Origin: Lama glama
Lineage: Eukaryota
Length of the DNA: 64,000 bases
Assembly: GCA_028534125.1 (NCBI GenBank)
Contig: CM052817.1
Location: forward strand, 12,030,001 to 12,094,000
Reading direction: 5' to 3'
In this document: piece after piece, positions 1 through 12,958 of the stretch
Layout of the letters: the number at the start of each line of letters is the position of its first letter
Position numbering within the stretch: the first letter of the stretch is position 1
Notes under the pieces: generated by a model
Told to the model about the DNA's origin: nothing
Database searches by the model: none
The model's input: the letters and a program-made list of their open reading frames with translations, nothing else
Program-made: the position numbers and the translations under genes

Positions 1-397
1 TCAGTGCACCTGCTGTACTGAGTAAGTAGAAAGCTTTTGGGAAGCGCAGTAATGTGGCTCTATACTTGCATCCGTAAATGATATGGCTAAAAAATTCTAG
101 GAGGTTTAATTTCTGCCAGAGTTCCTGTGACAAATAAACCAGTAGATTTTTAAAGCAGCATGTAAACAAATCTAAAAGAGATCTATAATTAGTTGTTACT
201 GCATATGGATTTTAGTAAAAATTAGATGAAATGCATCAAGGTGACCAAGAGTTCATTGCTAGTGTTTGTCTGCAAAGCGACATTTCTGTTCTTAAGGTTT
301 TAGACAGTTTTTAATATAATACAATATAAATCCCTTGACTGCCATAATGGCTTCTTCTATGGTATTGAATACGGAAAACTAATGGACAGAGAGGCCA

Positions 398-870
398 TTT
401 TTACAACTTTGCATTGACGTACAACATATTACAGAAAAATGCACATATCATATGTCCAGTTCAATGTATTCTCACAAATTAAACACATCTGTGTCAACAG
501 CACTTAAATCAAGGGGTGGAGAGTCACCAGAAGCCCGCTCATGCCCATTTTAGGTTAAAACTCACCTCAAGGGTTAACTTTACCCTCACTTCTAACACTA
601 TACACCGGTTTTGCCTGCTTTTAGTTACTCTTCTGTGTCTTTTTGCTCAACTTTATGTCTGTGATTCATCCATGTTTTTGTGTTGTGTGATTTGTTCCTC
701 CTTGTAGCTGCAAAGTATTCTATTGGGTGAGTATCTAACTTTTATTTATTCTACTGCTGAAGTGCATTTGTGCAGTTTCCAGATTGAGGCTATTACAAAT
801 AGTGTTCCAATGGACATTCTATTACATGCTTTTATTGAGCATATATGTAGATAGATACACATTTCTCATC
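398..870 (-). mobile_element. Old LINE-1 (L1ME-like) 3' end fragment
   Basis: Antisense L1M 3'-UTR motifs (…ggttttgcctgctttt…, gattcatccatg, ggctattacaaatagtg…ggacattct); highly diverged. Confidence 0.7.
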
Positions 871-1109
871 CCTTTTGCACAGTGGAATTATTTTGTATAT
901 ACTTACTAAGCCTGTGTGAAAGGGATTTTCTTCCTTTAATGTATCATTTCTTGTTTAGAATAAGAGAATAATTCATTTGGAATTATTCTTGATAATGAAT
1001 TTTAAAAAATCCTTTGTCATAGACTCATTAAATCTCACACTTAGAAGAACTGCAGACTCATCTCCAGGATTAATTTGATGGATGTGTCTCTTCTCTAATA
1101 TTCTCAACA

Positions 1110-1470
1110 AAGAGGCAACTATCTTCAGTTTATTTACCTTTATGATAAAGAAACTCACTTTCTGAAAAGGAAGCTACTTCAATTTTCACAATGCTCAAAT
1201 ATTTAGAAAGTTATTTCTTATATTAAGCTGAAATACAGTTTAGTAAACCTTTTGATACTAGATCTACTCTCAGTAGTCCTACAGATTTGAGCTTAATTTC
1301 TCTTCTGTATGATGATCTTATACATATTGAAAGACAGCCATTGTACCTTTCAAAAAAAAAGCCATTTTCCTCTTTTTTTTTGTATTGGTTAATTGTTTCT
1401 ATATTCTTCACAATTATGTGAAAATTACATCAATGTAGTCTAGTCTGTCACCATCTCTTTTAAATATTGA
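1110..1470 (-). mobile_element. L3/CR1 LINE fragment
   Basis: ttagaaagttatttcttatattaagctgaaat and atattgaaagacagccatt resemble the L3 consensus; strand and boundaries tentative. Confidence 0.5.
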
Positions 1471-1759
1471 TGCCCATTTTAAAAAAAGAGAAAGGGAGAG
1501 AGACTGGAAAGCTGATGCAAAAATAATCAATAAATGTTATTTCTGTAAGCTAGGACAGCATATAACTTAAATTTTTTTTTTGGTCTATATTTTCCTTAGC
1601 ACAAATCCAGTGTGAATAGAACACAGCTATTTTCCTTCTTGTACTGAACTAATTTTTCTATGAACATAGGTTAATTATGTCACTTATTCTTGGCAAACAC
1701 ATTTAATTATCATATCATACGTGAGGCATAATCAATGAAACACTTGTGGTAACTTTCAC

Positions 1760-2250
1760 TTTTTCATTCAATGTTTTTAAATATCTTCTGACCAAATAGC
1801 ATGAGTTATCTGAGTCCCTGTTCTTAAGGCGCATGCAGCTGGTGAAGGAGGTAGATGCATGTACATCCCAGTATAAAACTATGATAATAGTTGCCACATG
1901 GATGACCACAAAGTAGCACATAAAACAAGCACGCAACCCATTTCAAAGACTTTCATGGAATACTGAGCCTTGGAGTAATGTAAAGTAAAGCCCCAGGCCT
2001 CCAGAGATTAAAAATAAACAATAAACATACAAAGTGCCCAGAAGGGAGGAGTGTGGATGTGATGGGATCCTGAAAGAAGGTTTGAAAGGTGGGGTGAGTG
2101 GAGTTTATAGAGGAGGCTGAAGGGTCAACCAAAGATCATCTCCTTAAAGGCTTTCTGAAAGGTATCCTGAATTCAGTGGGACATCAGTAAAACATTTAAA
2201 CACAGAAGTGACAAGATCAGACTGGCTGTATCCCAAAACTCATTATGCCT
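1760..2250 (-). mobile_element. L2 LINE fragment
   Basis: ttcattcaa…gtccctgttcttaagg…gaagtgacaagatcagac antisense L2 motifs. Confidence 0.55.
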
Positions 2251-3408
2251 GCATGCTACTCCACTGTAAGTCAGTTTTACAGGAGAATATATTTATTCAT
2301 AATAATTTCAATTTAGATGGAAGTTTCATCATTGAATAAATATCATTTCTGTAGTCAATATGTAGTTAACTTTAAATGATCTGAAAGAAAACTAATGAAA
2401 AAGATATTTTTTTTCCTAAACCAGATTTGAAATTTTCATTTTTCCTGGCTCCCTCATAGATGTTAACTTCAGGCTTCAAATATTTATTTAATTTCACTGG
2501 TGTTGGTGGATTTACTATCTTTGAAAACCAAGTGTGACATAACTTTATTTCATATTAATAATGCTGTCTGAGCTTGGTTTCTGTGACTCTCGGATACATT
2601 TGGAATATAAAGACGATCTTCTGGAAGTGGAACAAGACCTTTGCAGCTGTGCTTGTGTTAAGCAGTTTCAGTCCAAAAATAATCATGTTCTTATATTACC
2701 ATAGGGCAATGGTCTTTCTTTTGTGTTCAACATTGATTTGGATCTGTAAAATTTAGCATGCCAAGTTCGTCATCAAATCCTTGGAACTCACGAGAGAGAA
2801 TGGAGTTAGAAGTTAGTTTACAGAAACAGAACTTTTTATTAATATTGGAAAATAGCCATGCTGATTGAAGGAAGGATGGAAAAGCATTACTGTGTCTCTT
2901 TCAGTTTGAAACAACATGTAATCTCTTGCTAAGTGCTTTACTCCAAAGACCTGAAAATGTACAGCATTGGGCTGCTTGAAAATCAGCACTGGAGGAAGGA
3001 GGAATAATTGAATAATGCCTTTCCTCCAAAAAATGTCAAGCTCTTTGCCTGAGCAGACTCATTTGCCCACTGCTCTTTGGCATCCATCAAATCCAGCTCT
3101 TTAATGTCAGTCAAATTGTCTAGGTGATAAGCACAGAACTCGTTCTAGCCAATGGCTCTGTGCCTACATTTTCCCATTCGGCTTGGTTGGCCTGGGTTCT
3201 GTCAGCAGGCTCTCCGGAGTGAGTAAAAGGAGAGATTGTGCCCTCACAGAACCTTGTGTTAAAAATTATCTTTCTCTTCCAAACCAGTTCAAGCTACCTG
3301 TGCGCTAGGCTGTCGGTGCTTGAAAAAAGAGAACCTTGGATTACCAAGCTCCTCCCTGCAAAATTCCTGCCTGGTTTGCGCCTTTCTTTTACTGATTCTG
3401 TTACTCTG

Positions 3409-3878
3409 TGTTATGGGTTGAATTGTGCACCTTCTCCCCAAATAAAAAAGTGCTGAAGTCCTAACCTTCACCACCTCAGTGCTGAAGTCCAACCCCAACT
3501 CCCTCAAAATACGACCTTACTTGAAAATAAGTGTTGTTACACATGTGATTAGTTAAGATGAGGTCACACTGGAGTAGGGTGGGCCCACCATCTAATGTGA
3601 CTGTGTCCTTATAAAAGGGAGAAGTTTGGATACAGAGATACACACGCAGGGAGAACTCCATGAGAAGATTGGAGTTACACTGTCATGAGCCAAAGAACTA
3701 CCATAAGCTAAGAGAGACCTGAAGCAGATCCTCCCCTAATGCCTTGAGAGGAAGCATGGTCCTGCTGAGGCTTTGACCCCAGACTTCTAGCTTCCAGAAC
3801 TGTGAGACTGTAAGTTCTAGTTGTTGAAGACACTCAGTTTGTACTACTTTGTTATGTCAGTCTTTGCAAATGAATACA
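3409..3878 (+). mobile_element. MaLR solo LTR (MLT1B-like)
   Basis: TGTTATGGGTTGAATTGTG…TGAATACA termini, gttaagatgaggtca and cttccagaactgtgaga motifs, near-perfect 5-bp TSD ctctg/atctg. Confidence 0.9.
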
Positions 3879-4273
3879 ATCTGTTTACTCAACTCTCTCT
3901 CGCTCTCTTTTTAAACTTTGTGTCATGTGCATACCCACTGGGCTAAAGGTAAACTTCACACCTTGGTACCCTGGCCTGGAGAGCAGTCTGGACTTCTCTA
4001 GGTTTTTCTGCTTTGAGTTGTCTTAATAAAATCACTTTACTTAGTCAGATTTGAGACTAACACCCAGGCTCATTATCAACCAGCTAAGTGGCAGCTGTGT
4101 CCAGTTTACCCTGGACGCCCTGTGGGAGTAACTGTACACCCTCCACAGTCCAGCAGTAGACCACAGTGGTAGACCCTTTCTCATGCCAGGCTAGATAGAC
4201 CATGTTAAAAAGGCTTTTAGCATAGCTCTGAAATTACTTCCACCAGCCATACTAGTGCCACAATTCATTTTTA

Positions 4274-4773
4274 NNNNNNNNNNNNNNNNNNNNNNNNNNN
4301 NNNNNNNNNNNNNNNNNNNNNNNNNNNNNNNNNNNNNNNNNNNNNNNNNNNNNNNNNNNNNNNNNNNNNNNNNNNNNNNNNNNNNNNNNNNNNNNNNNNN
4401 NNNNNNNNNNNNNNNNNNNNNNNNNNNNNNNNNNNNNNNNNNNNNNNNNNNNNNNNNNNNNNNNNNNNNNNNNNNNNNNNNNNNNNNNNNNNNNNNNNNN
4501 NNNNNNNNNNNNNNNNNNNNNNNNNNNNNNNNNNNNNNNNNNNNNNNNNNNNNNNNNNNNNNNNNNNNNNNNNNNNNNNNNNNNNNNNNNNNNNNNNNNN
4601 NNNNNNNNNNNNNNNNNNNNNNNNNNNNNNNNNNNNNNNNNNNNNNNNNNNNNNNNNNNNNNNNNNNNNNNNNNNNNNNNNNNNNNNNNNNNNNNNNNNN
4701 NNNNNNNNNNNNNNNNNNNNNNNNNNNNNNNNNNNNNNNNNNNNNNNNNNNNNNNNNNNNNNNNNNNNNNNNN
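4274..4773. other. Assembly gap (500 N)
   Basis: Run of exactly 500 N. Confidence 0.99.
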
Positions 4774-4969
4774 TGTAGAATAGATAAACAAGATTACACT
4801 GTATAGCACAGGGAAATATACACAAAATGTTATGATAAATCACAGAGAAAAAAATGTGACAATGAGTGTGTATATGTCCATGAATGACTGAAAAATTGTG
4901 CTGAACACTGGAATTTGACACAACACTGTAAAATGATTATGAATCAATAAAAAATGTAAAAAAAAAAAA
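4774..4969 (+). mobile_element. Young LINE-1 3' end with poly(A), artiodactyl/camelid-type
   Basis: ctgtatagcacagggaaatata…gacacaacactgtaaa…AATAAA and A-tail; 5' part runs into the gap. Confidence 0.85.
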
Positions 4970-5224
4970 GAATTACTTTAGAAGTGGCTTTAGAACTATC
5001 AAGGTAATTTAAGATGAGGTTAACCATACTTCTATTTAGAAGAAGTCTGGTAACCAGCTTACAATCTTCCAAAACTTTCTGTGGTGTATTTCATAGACAT
5101 ACTTAAATATTAACCACGTGCAACACATTGTGTGGAATATACAAAAGTGAATGTTCAACCAGAGAACTTCTCTGTATGTGCAAATTAATAAATGCTTGCT
5201 AAGTGAGAGTCCATTAAGTGGGTT

Positions 5225-5460
5225 ATTAACTCATTCAACAGTGAGTTACCTGGAAGTCACCTCGTATCGGGCACTATGTTGTGCCTTGTAGATACGGTAA
5301 CGCGTGAGATAAAAGAGGCCCTGCTCGCGGGAACTTTCCACCATAGGAAGAATCTCCTTTAAATTCTCAAGGACTAGGTCCTCTAGAGGGGAGATAAGAT
5401 AAATGCAAAAATAACTGTATCAAAATCAGATGTGACTAAAGGGACTTAAATGGCAGGCAA
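5225..5460 (-). mobile_element. L2 3' end fragment
   Basis: tcattcaaca…gggcactatgttg…gatac…ggccctgctc antisense L2 tail. Confidence 0.6.
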
Positions 5461-6079
5461 ATTTCTATGAGCAAATAGAAGTGAAAACCAATGTAGTTAA
5501 AAATGAAGTTGGATAAGTCACTGAAATATTAGTCCAAACCAAGTGTAATAATTGTACCAAATTAGTTCCTTAGACCCGTATTCTGGGCAAACTATAAAAT
5601 GTCTGTGCTACTACTATTCTGCTCTTCCTTTCCACCCCTTAATGCCTTCCCCTTCCCCCCAGTTCCAACTTTGAAATCTCAGGAACATACTTTTCATACA
5701 AGATGCTTAGAACATTTATGATGGCACAGATAACAAACAGAATATTATTTGAAAATTTCTGAGGTCATTAGCCCTAAAATGCAAATTGTACACTTTTTAC
5801 TGTGCAGTAGAGGGGTGAGTAGGTCAGCATGGCATGTACATTTCTTTTGTTACCAATGGTCAGTGGAAGGGGAAAGGATGTTAATTTATTTGAGGGAGTC
5901 TGCTCCAGACTGCTCTACCAGCATGTGCTAGTATAATTAAAATTACTAGTTGTAATTACTGTAGAAGAAGAGTCAGTTTGGAGAAAACATTGTAAAATGG
6001 AAAAAAATCTATTTTTGAGATTTTAATTTCTCTTTGTCAATGGGGATAATTACCACTAATGATTCATCTAACAAGGGAT

Positions 6080-6270
6080 AATGAATGGAGGTAAGAACCA
6101 AACAGGGAGACTGAATGCTTGGGTTCTAGTTTTGGTTGTGCCATATAATCTATGTCATTATGGATTAAAATGCGTTCTCTCTCTGAGCTTTATTATCATC
6201 ATCCATGGAATCATGTGCGTTGGCCTGGATGGTCATTAAGTTTTCTTTCAACAGTGAGATTCCATCTTAC
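6080..6270 (+). mobile_element. MIR3-like SINE
   Basis: gggttctagt…ctctctctgagct…ttggcctggatggtc core and tail. Confidence 0.55.
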
Positions 6271-6399
6271 AAAATTAGCTCAATTAGAGCAAGAGGCCCG
6301 TGATGTACGCGTCTTGGATTCTTTCTGGCTGGATGCTGACCAGCTGCTCGTCCCTGCATAAAGCTGAGCCATCTCCAGTACTGTACGTTATTGAGGAAA

Positions 6400-6590
6400 T
6401 AGCTAGTAATTAAAGGGAATATTTGTGCCAGACACGATGCCAAGTCTCTGTTGTGTGATTTTTCATCATAAACCAGGGCATAGGTGCTTATACTATTGAC
6501 ATTTTACAGATGAGAAAATGCTCTGGGTCATTCAGTTGGGAAGTAAAGAACAGATTTCAATCCAGGTGTACCTGACTCCAGAGTCTGGCC
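6400..6590 (-). mobile_element. MIR SINE
   Basis: cattttacagatgagaaaa…gatttcaatccagg…ctgactccagag. Confidence 0.7.
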
Positions 6591-6607
6591 ACAGGGCTCA
6601 AGGCTTC

Positions 6608-7000
6608 TCTAGTGGGTTGAATGGTGCCCATCCCACCCTGCAAAAAAAAAAAAAAGATATGTTCTGCTTTTGGAACCTATGGATATGACCTTATTTTGAA
6701 AAAGACTCTCTGTAGATGCAATTAAGTTAAGAATCTTGAGGTAAGATCATTCTGGATTTAGGGTAGGTCTTAACTCTAATACAAATACCCTTACAAGAGA
6801 CAGAAGAAGGGAACACATGGAGTCACACAGAGGGAGGGCCATGTGAAGGCAGAGGCAGAGGTTGAAATGGTGCAGCCTCAAGTCAAGGAACATCAGGAGC
6901 CTCTAGAAGCAGGAAGAGACAGGGGAGGCTTTGCCTCCTGAGCTTTTGGAGAGAGCATGGCCTTGACGGCACCTTGATTTTGGACTTCTGGCCTCTAGAA
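6608..7000 (+). mobile_element. MaLR LTR (MLT1C-like), 3'-truncated
   Basis: agtgggttgaatggtg…gttaagaatcttgaggtaagatcattctggattta…ggacttctggcctctagaa. Confidence 0.85.
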
Positions 7001-8699
7001 GTTGGCTGGATCTTTAAAAATCATAGGAAGGTTTTCTTAAGTGCAAACAGGAGGGCTTGGGCCAGATAAACTGAATGAGGATGATATTTGCACACAAGGC
7101 CATTCAGCTGCCACCAGCCCACAGAAAACTGCACCCTGGGAATGACACCCCTGACCCCACATCCACCCTGTGTACCATGGCTCTCACCTGTGTCAGAGTC
7201 ACTGCAGTTAGCCACGTCCCGGGTGACTCCCTCAGTAAGAGATCCAGAATTCCATGCTGTGGGCTCCCTGAACCTTCCTTGGGCTTATTTATCAGAAATT
7301 ACTGATAAAATATTGCAATGGCTCAGTACAACTTTAGTTTTAAGGGTAAAATATTAACATACTCCAAAGAGAGAAGAAAAATAATGTCAGTCACGGTGTT
7401 CATGGAGCTGTCCCTTTTCCTTATCATCTGAAAGGTAGATCAAAATTCTTTAGCAAGATGGTAGGAAAGTTAAGGTGGAACTCAGGTAAACTCTCCAACC
7501 TCAAATCTCAGGGGGTGGGTGTATTTATTGTTTAGTGTTATCATAGATATTTGGCTTAGTGTAGCATAATCCTTTGCAGAAATGCAATCTTGGCTAAAAT
7601 GTGACCTTGTTTCCTCTTTATAAAATTTGAAGCTACCATTTTTTTTGGTCCAACTTCTAGGTAAAGAGGACTTTACTTCTGGGAAGTCCCACAATAAGCT
7701 TAGATAAAAGTATTGCGAGAATATAAATCTACATATATCATAGTAAATGAAGTAATCTCAGAGGGATGGTTTCCTAGTCTGTAAAAAGATAATGGAAATG
7801 ACACCTAACTTGCAGGAATCTTTGCAAGACAACGATGCGAACCAGATGGTACCTAATACAGTGCTTGGCACAGATAGGTGTGGCCCATGTTGGTTTTATT
7901 TTTACTAGTGTCTTTTAATGGACTTGACATAAATTTTCTCTTTCAGTCTCATCTGCTTTATGTTTTCCTAAGTACATGTTTCTCATAAATAACTTTTTAG
8001 CAAGAAATTATTCTAGAGTATTCTATATTTATTAATATACTTCTAGGAATTTTTGTTAGGTGTTTATTTAGAAAAGATGTGTGATCATTGTTTATGGAGT
8101 GGTCATAAAAGCAATACTCTAAATAAGGAAAGATAATGTACTATGGTTAAGTAATAATTTTATCTCCTCACATGCTTGACTGAATCAAGAATACTTTTAT
8201 TTGGTTCTGTAGGGAAGAAAAAGGGACCCCTTTCCCTTTGAACTCCAAGGACTAAAAGCAATTAAAGATCATTCTTGATTTTTATCATTTTATTGAGCTC
8301 TTTGGCAGAATATATTCTGTTTGTATTTGGGGAAAGGAGATATTTCCAAGGAAATTAGATTTTTTAAACTTATATTTTGCCTTGATTCTGTGGTAAAAAT
8401 AATGTTTTATTAGTTAAGGGTTTGCAAGAATTTTTCTCCCTTTTCCCTACAGCTTCTTTCTAAGTAGCACAGAAGATCCTCTTGATAAATCGATAGAGTT
8501 TGTTTATCACAGATTACTGGAAAACTGTTTTTTGGTAAATGATAAGATTTGCTTATTTCACTAGAAGACAGTAAATAATGTACAAGAATTTATATCAGTA
8601 CAATGTTATGGAAAAGGTCAACAACCTTAGATTGTCTATTGGTGTAAAATGATTTAACAAGTAACTGGAATTCCTTTTATAATTTTTACAATATTATAA

Positions 8700-8850
8700 G
8701 TTAATATTTATTAAATGTTTGCTGTGCTCTGAGAGTCGTTCTAAAACTTTGCATACATAATCTCATGTAATCTTCTTCTTGTAGCCATTTAAACGGTGAG
8801 GAAATCGGAGCTCAGAGAGATCATATTATTTGCCTAAGGTCACACAGAAA
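8700..8850 (-). mobile_element. MIR SINE
   Basis: ggtgaggaaatcggagctcagaga…ttgcctaaggtcacaca. Confidence 0.7.
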
Positions 8851-9154
8851 CAGTAACAGTGATTGTTAATAGTAGCTACTAACAGTAGTACAGTAATGAT
8901 AGTCAAACTGTTAGCATAGAATAGTGTCTGTTGCTGACCCAAAGGATCAAGACCATACACGATTTATTATTATCACCATGTGCTTAATGAAGGAATGTTT
9001 CACACTAAACTGCATGCAGATCTGCCCATGCATGTTTTGGTTAAGCTAAATGTTTTGGTTAAGTTTCATTGATGCAGAGTAGTATCAATACAGTCAATTA
9101 TCCCAAAATATTTAGCATTACATTGAGAGCTGGTAGAGGAAAGTGGCAAGCCCT

Positions 9155-9657
9155 TTTGTTAGTTATCTATTTCTACGTAAACTAAAACAAATTTAGGGAC
9201 TTAAAATAACAGACATTTACGTTTCTCACAGTACTGTAGGTCAGGAGTCTGCACAGCTTTCCTGGGTCCTCTGCTTCAAAGTCTCTGATGACGCTCCAAT
9301 CAAGTGACAGCAAGGGACGGAGTGTCATATGAAAAGGGGAAGGATCTGCTTCCAAGCTGTTTGTAAAATTATGTCCTTTTTTGGGTGGCTTGAATGTCAG
9401 TGTTTCTAGCTGGCTATTGACAGGAGGCTGTCCTCAGTTCCTTGCTCCACGGGCCTTCCCAACATCGCAGCTTGCTTCATTGGGTGAGGAAGAGAGTCTG
9501 CTACCAAGGTGGAAGTCAGATTTTTTGAAACCTAACCACAAAGATGACTTTTCCTAATTTTGAAAAATTCTATTAGTTACTGAAGGGAGAAGATTGTGAA
9601 AGGCTGCATATCATGTGTTAGGAATCACTGAGGTCCACCTTAGAAGAAACCTACTCT
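9155..9657 (-). mobile_element. MaLR LTR (MLT1F-like)
   Basis: gttagttatctatt…acttaaaataac…tctcacagt…gggtcctctgcttca…cttccaagct. Confidence 0.75.
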
Positions 9658-9879
9658 AAATCTTCCCTCTTTTTTGCCATGTTGCTATTTCATAGAAAGC
9701 TTGCAGGGAATAATTAAAGAGGGAGCAAGTCTCTTAAATTGGGTTTCCTGTCACTGAAATTTTTTTTCTGTTGCCTCTGATGTAATTTGGCTCTTTATTT
9801 ACCCTTTTGGATTTTACAACTCTCTAGGTGTTCATTCTCTATAGATGGCGCCTCTTGTTGTCACATCAAGGTATGTAGT

Positions 9880-11693
9880 TTATTTTTTAATAGACTATTT
9901 TTTAGAGCAGTATTGGGTTCACAGCAAAACTGAGCAGAAAATATAGAGTTTCCATATATCCTCTGACCGCACACATACTCAAGCCTCCCCCACTATCAAT
10001 ATTCCGCATCATTTGTTACAACCGATGAACCTACAGTAATACGTCTTTATCCCCAAAGCCCATAACTTACATTCAGGTTCATTCTGAGTGTTGTACATGC
10101 TATAGGTTTTGACAAATTTATAATAACATGCATCCACCATTACAGTGTCACACAGAATAGTTTTGCTGCCGTTAACATTCTTTACACTCCCCTGGCAACC
10201 ACTAATCTGTTTGTTTTCCAGAGTGTCATATGGTTGGAATCATATAGCATGTAGCATTTTTAAATTGGTTTTTTCCTTTTAGTAATATGCTCTTTAGTTT
10301 CCTCATGTCTTTTTATGGCTTGATAGATCATTTTTCTTTAGTGCTGAATAATATTCCACTGTCTCAGTGTATCACAGTTTATTTATCTGTTCATCTACTG
10401 AAGGACATGTTGGTTGCATCCAAGTTTTAACAATTACGAATCAAGATCTGTGTGCAGATTTTTGTGTGGACCTGTTTTCAACTCATATGGATAAATAGCA
10501 AGGAGCATGATTGCTGGATCACACAGTAAACTATGTTTAGTCCTACAGCTAACTGATAAACTGTTGTTTGAAGTGGCTGTACTGTTTTCCATCCGCACCA
10601 GCAGTGAATGAGTGTTCCTGTTGCTCCACATCCTTGTGTCCTTACCAGCAATTGGTGTCAGTGTTCCAGATTTTGGCCATTCCAAAAAGTTTGCAGTGGT
10701 ATCTCATTGTTTTAATTTGCAATTCCCTAATGACATATAATTTGGAGCACACTTTCATATGTTTATTTGCCATGTATGCCTTCTGTATTGAGGTGTCTTT
10801 TCAGGTCCTTTGCTTATTTCTAACCAGATAGTTCATTTTCTTATTATTGAGTCTCAAGGATTCTATGTGTATTTTAGATGACAGTCCTTATCAAATATGT
10901 ATTTTATGATATTTTTCTCCCAGTCTGTGACTTATCTTCTCATTCTCTTGACATTGGTTTTCACAGAGCAGAAGTTTTTAATTTTAATAAAGTATTGTTT
11001 GTCAATGAATTATTTCAAGTGTGCCTTTGTTGTTGTATCTAAGAAAGTCATCATCGAATCTCAAAGTCATCTGCATTTTCTTCTATGTTACCTACTAAGA
11101 GTTTTATGTTTTGCATTTTACATTTAGATATATGATTAATTTTGTGTTAGTCTTTGTGAAGGGTGTAAGGTCTATGCTGAGATTTTTCTTTTTTTGCATG
11201 TGGGTGTTCATTTGTTCCAATATTTGCTGAAAAGTCTATTTTCTCCATCATATTGCCTTTGCTCCTTTGTCAAAGATCAGTTACTTGTATTTATGTGGGT
11301 CTATTTCTGGGCTCTCTATTCTATTCCATCGATCTCTTGTGTATTCTTTTGTTAATACCAAGCTGTTTTGATTACTGTAGCTCTATGATAAGCCTTTAGG
11401 TTGGGGAGTGTTTGTCCTCTGTTTTTTTCCATTAATATTGTGTTAGCTATTCTGCATCTTTTGCATCTCCATATACATTTTAGAATCAGTTTGTTGATAT
11501 CCACAAAATAGCTTGCCGGGATTTTATTGGGATTGTGTTGAGTTTATAGATCAAGCTGGGAAGAACTGACATCTTGGCAATACTGAGTCTTCCTATCCAT
11601 GATCATGGACTATTTCTCCATTTATTTAATTCTTCTCTGATTTCTTTAATCAGAACTTTGTAGTTTTCCTCATATAGAGCTTGTGCATACTTC
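9880..11693 (-). mobile_element. L1MC1-like LINE-1, 3' portion (split by a younger L1)
   Basis: tttttagagcagtattgggttcacagcaaaactgagcagaaa resembles the L1MC 3' terminus; continues into degenerate antisense ORF2. Confidence 0.85.
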
Positions 11694-12958
11694 TTTTTTT
11701 TTGAAACATCCAGCAAATATTTTAATTTCATTTTTTCTTTTTCAGATTTTTTTCCATTATAGTTTACTACAAGAGATTGAATGTAGTTCCCCATGCTATA
11801 CAGTAGGGCCTTGTTCTTTGTCTATTTTATATATACTAATTTGTATGTGATAATCTCAAACACCTGATCTACCCCTCTCCTTTATTTCCCTTTGTTAACT
11901 GTCAGTTTGTTTTCTAGGTGTGTGAGTATGTTTCTGCTTTGCAAATTAGTTTATTTGTATTATTTTTTAGATTCCACACATAAGTGATATCATATAATGT
12001 TTGTGTTTCTCTTTCTGACTTACTTCACTTAGATAATCTCTAGGTGTATCCACGTTGCTGCAAATGGTATTATTTCATTCTTTTTTATGACTGAGTAATA
12101 TTCCATTGTATGTATGTCTTTTCTGAATATATGCCAAAGTGGGATTGATGGATTACATAGTATTTCGTTTTTTGAGGAACCTCCATACTGTTTTCCATAA
12201 TGGCTACACCAAGCTACATTCCCACAAATGGTGTGGAGGGCTCCCTTTTCTCCATACCCTTTCCAGCATTTATTATTTGTAGACATTTTAATAATGGCCA
12301 CTCTGACTGGTGTGAGTTGATACCTCATTGTAGTTTTGATTTGCATTTCTCTGATAATTAGTGATATTGAGCATCTTTTCACGTGCATATTGGTCATCCA
12401 TATGTCTTCATTGAAGAAACATCTGTTTAGGTCCTCTGCTCATTTTTTGATTGGGTTATTTATTTTCTTGTAACTGAGTTGTATGAGCTGTTTGCATATT
12501 TTGGAAATTAAGGCCTCATGAGTTGCATCATTTGTAAATATTTTCTCCCATTCTGTAGGTTGTTTTTACGTTTTGTTTATGGTTTCCTTTGTAGAAAAAC
12601 TTATAAATTTGATTATATCCCTTTTGCTTAATTTTTGCTTGTATTTCTCTTCCCTGGGGAGACTGACCTAAGAAAATTCAGGCCAAAGAATGTTTTGCCT
12701 GTGTTCTCTTCTAGGAGTTTATGGTGTTCATGTCTTATAGTTAAGTATTTAAGCCATTTTGAGTTTATTTTTGTGTATGGTGTGAGGGAGTGTTCTACTT
12801 TCATTGATTTGTGTGCAGCTGCCCAGCTTTCCCAATATCACATGCCGAGGAGATTGTCTTTTCTGCATTGTATATTCTTGCCTCCTTTGTCATAGATTAA
12901 TTGACCGCAGATATGTGGGTTTATTTCTGGGCTCTTTATTCTGTTGCATTGATCCATA
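11694..12958 (-). mobile_element. Younger artiodactyl-type LINE-1 (5'-truncated) nested in L1MC1
   Basis: T-tract, then L1 3' UTR and ORF2 C-terminus (ORF 12029..12397: [20 protein letters not shown]…CWKGYGEKG…[12 protein letters not shown]). Confidence 0.9.

Noticed and set aside
4231..4239. aattactt as the left TSD of the L1 ending at 4969
   Set aside because: Only an 8-bp AT-rich match, and the following bases do not look like L1; the true 5' junction is probably inside the gap.
4252..4921. Long ORFs of 183-216 aa
   Set aside because: Artefacts of translating through the 500-N gap.
12029..12397. 122-aa ORF as a host gene
   Set aside because: Frameshifted L1 ORF2p C-terminal remnant.
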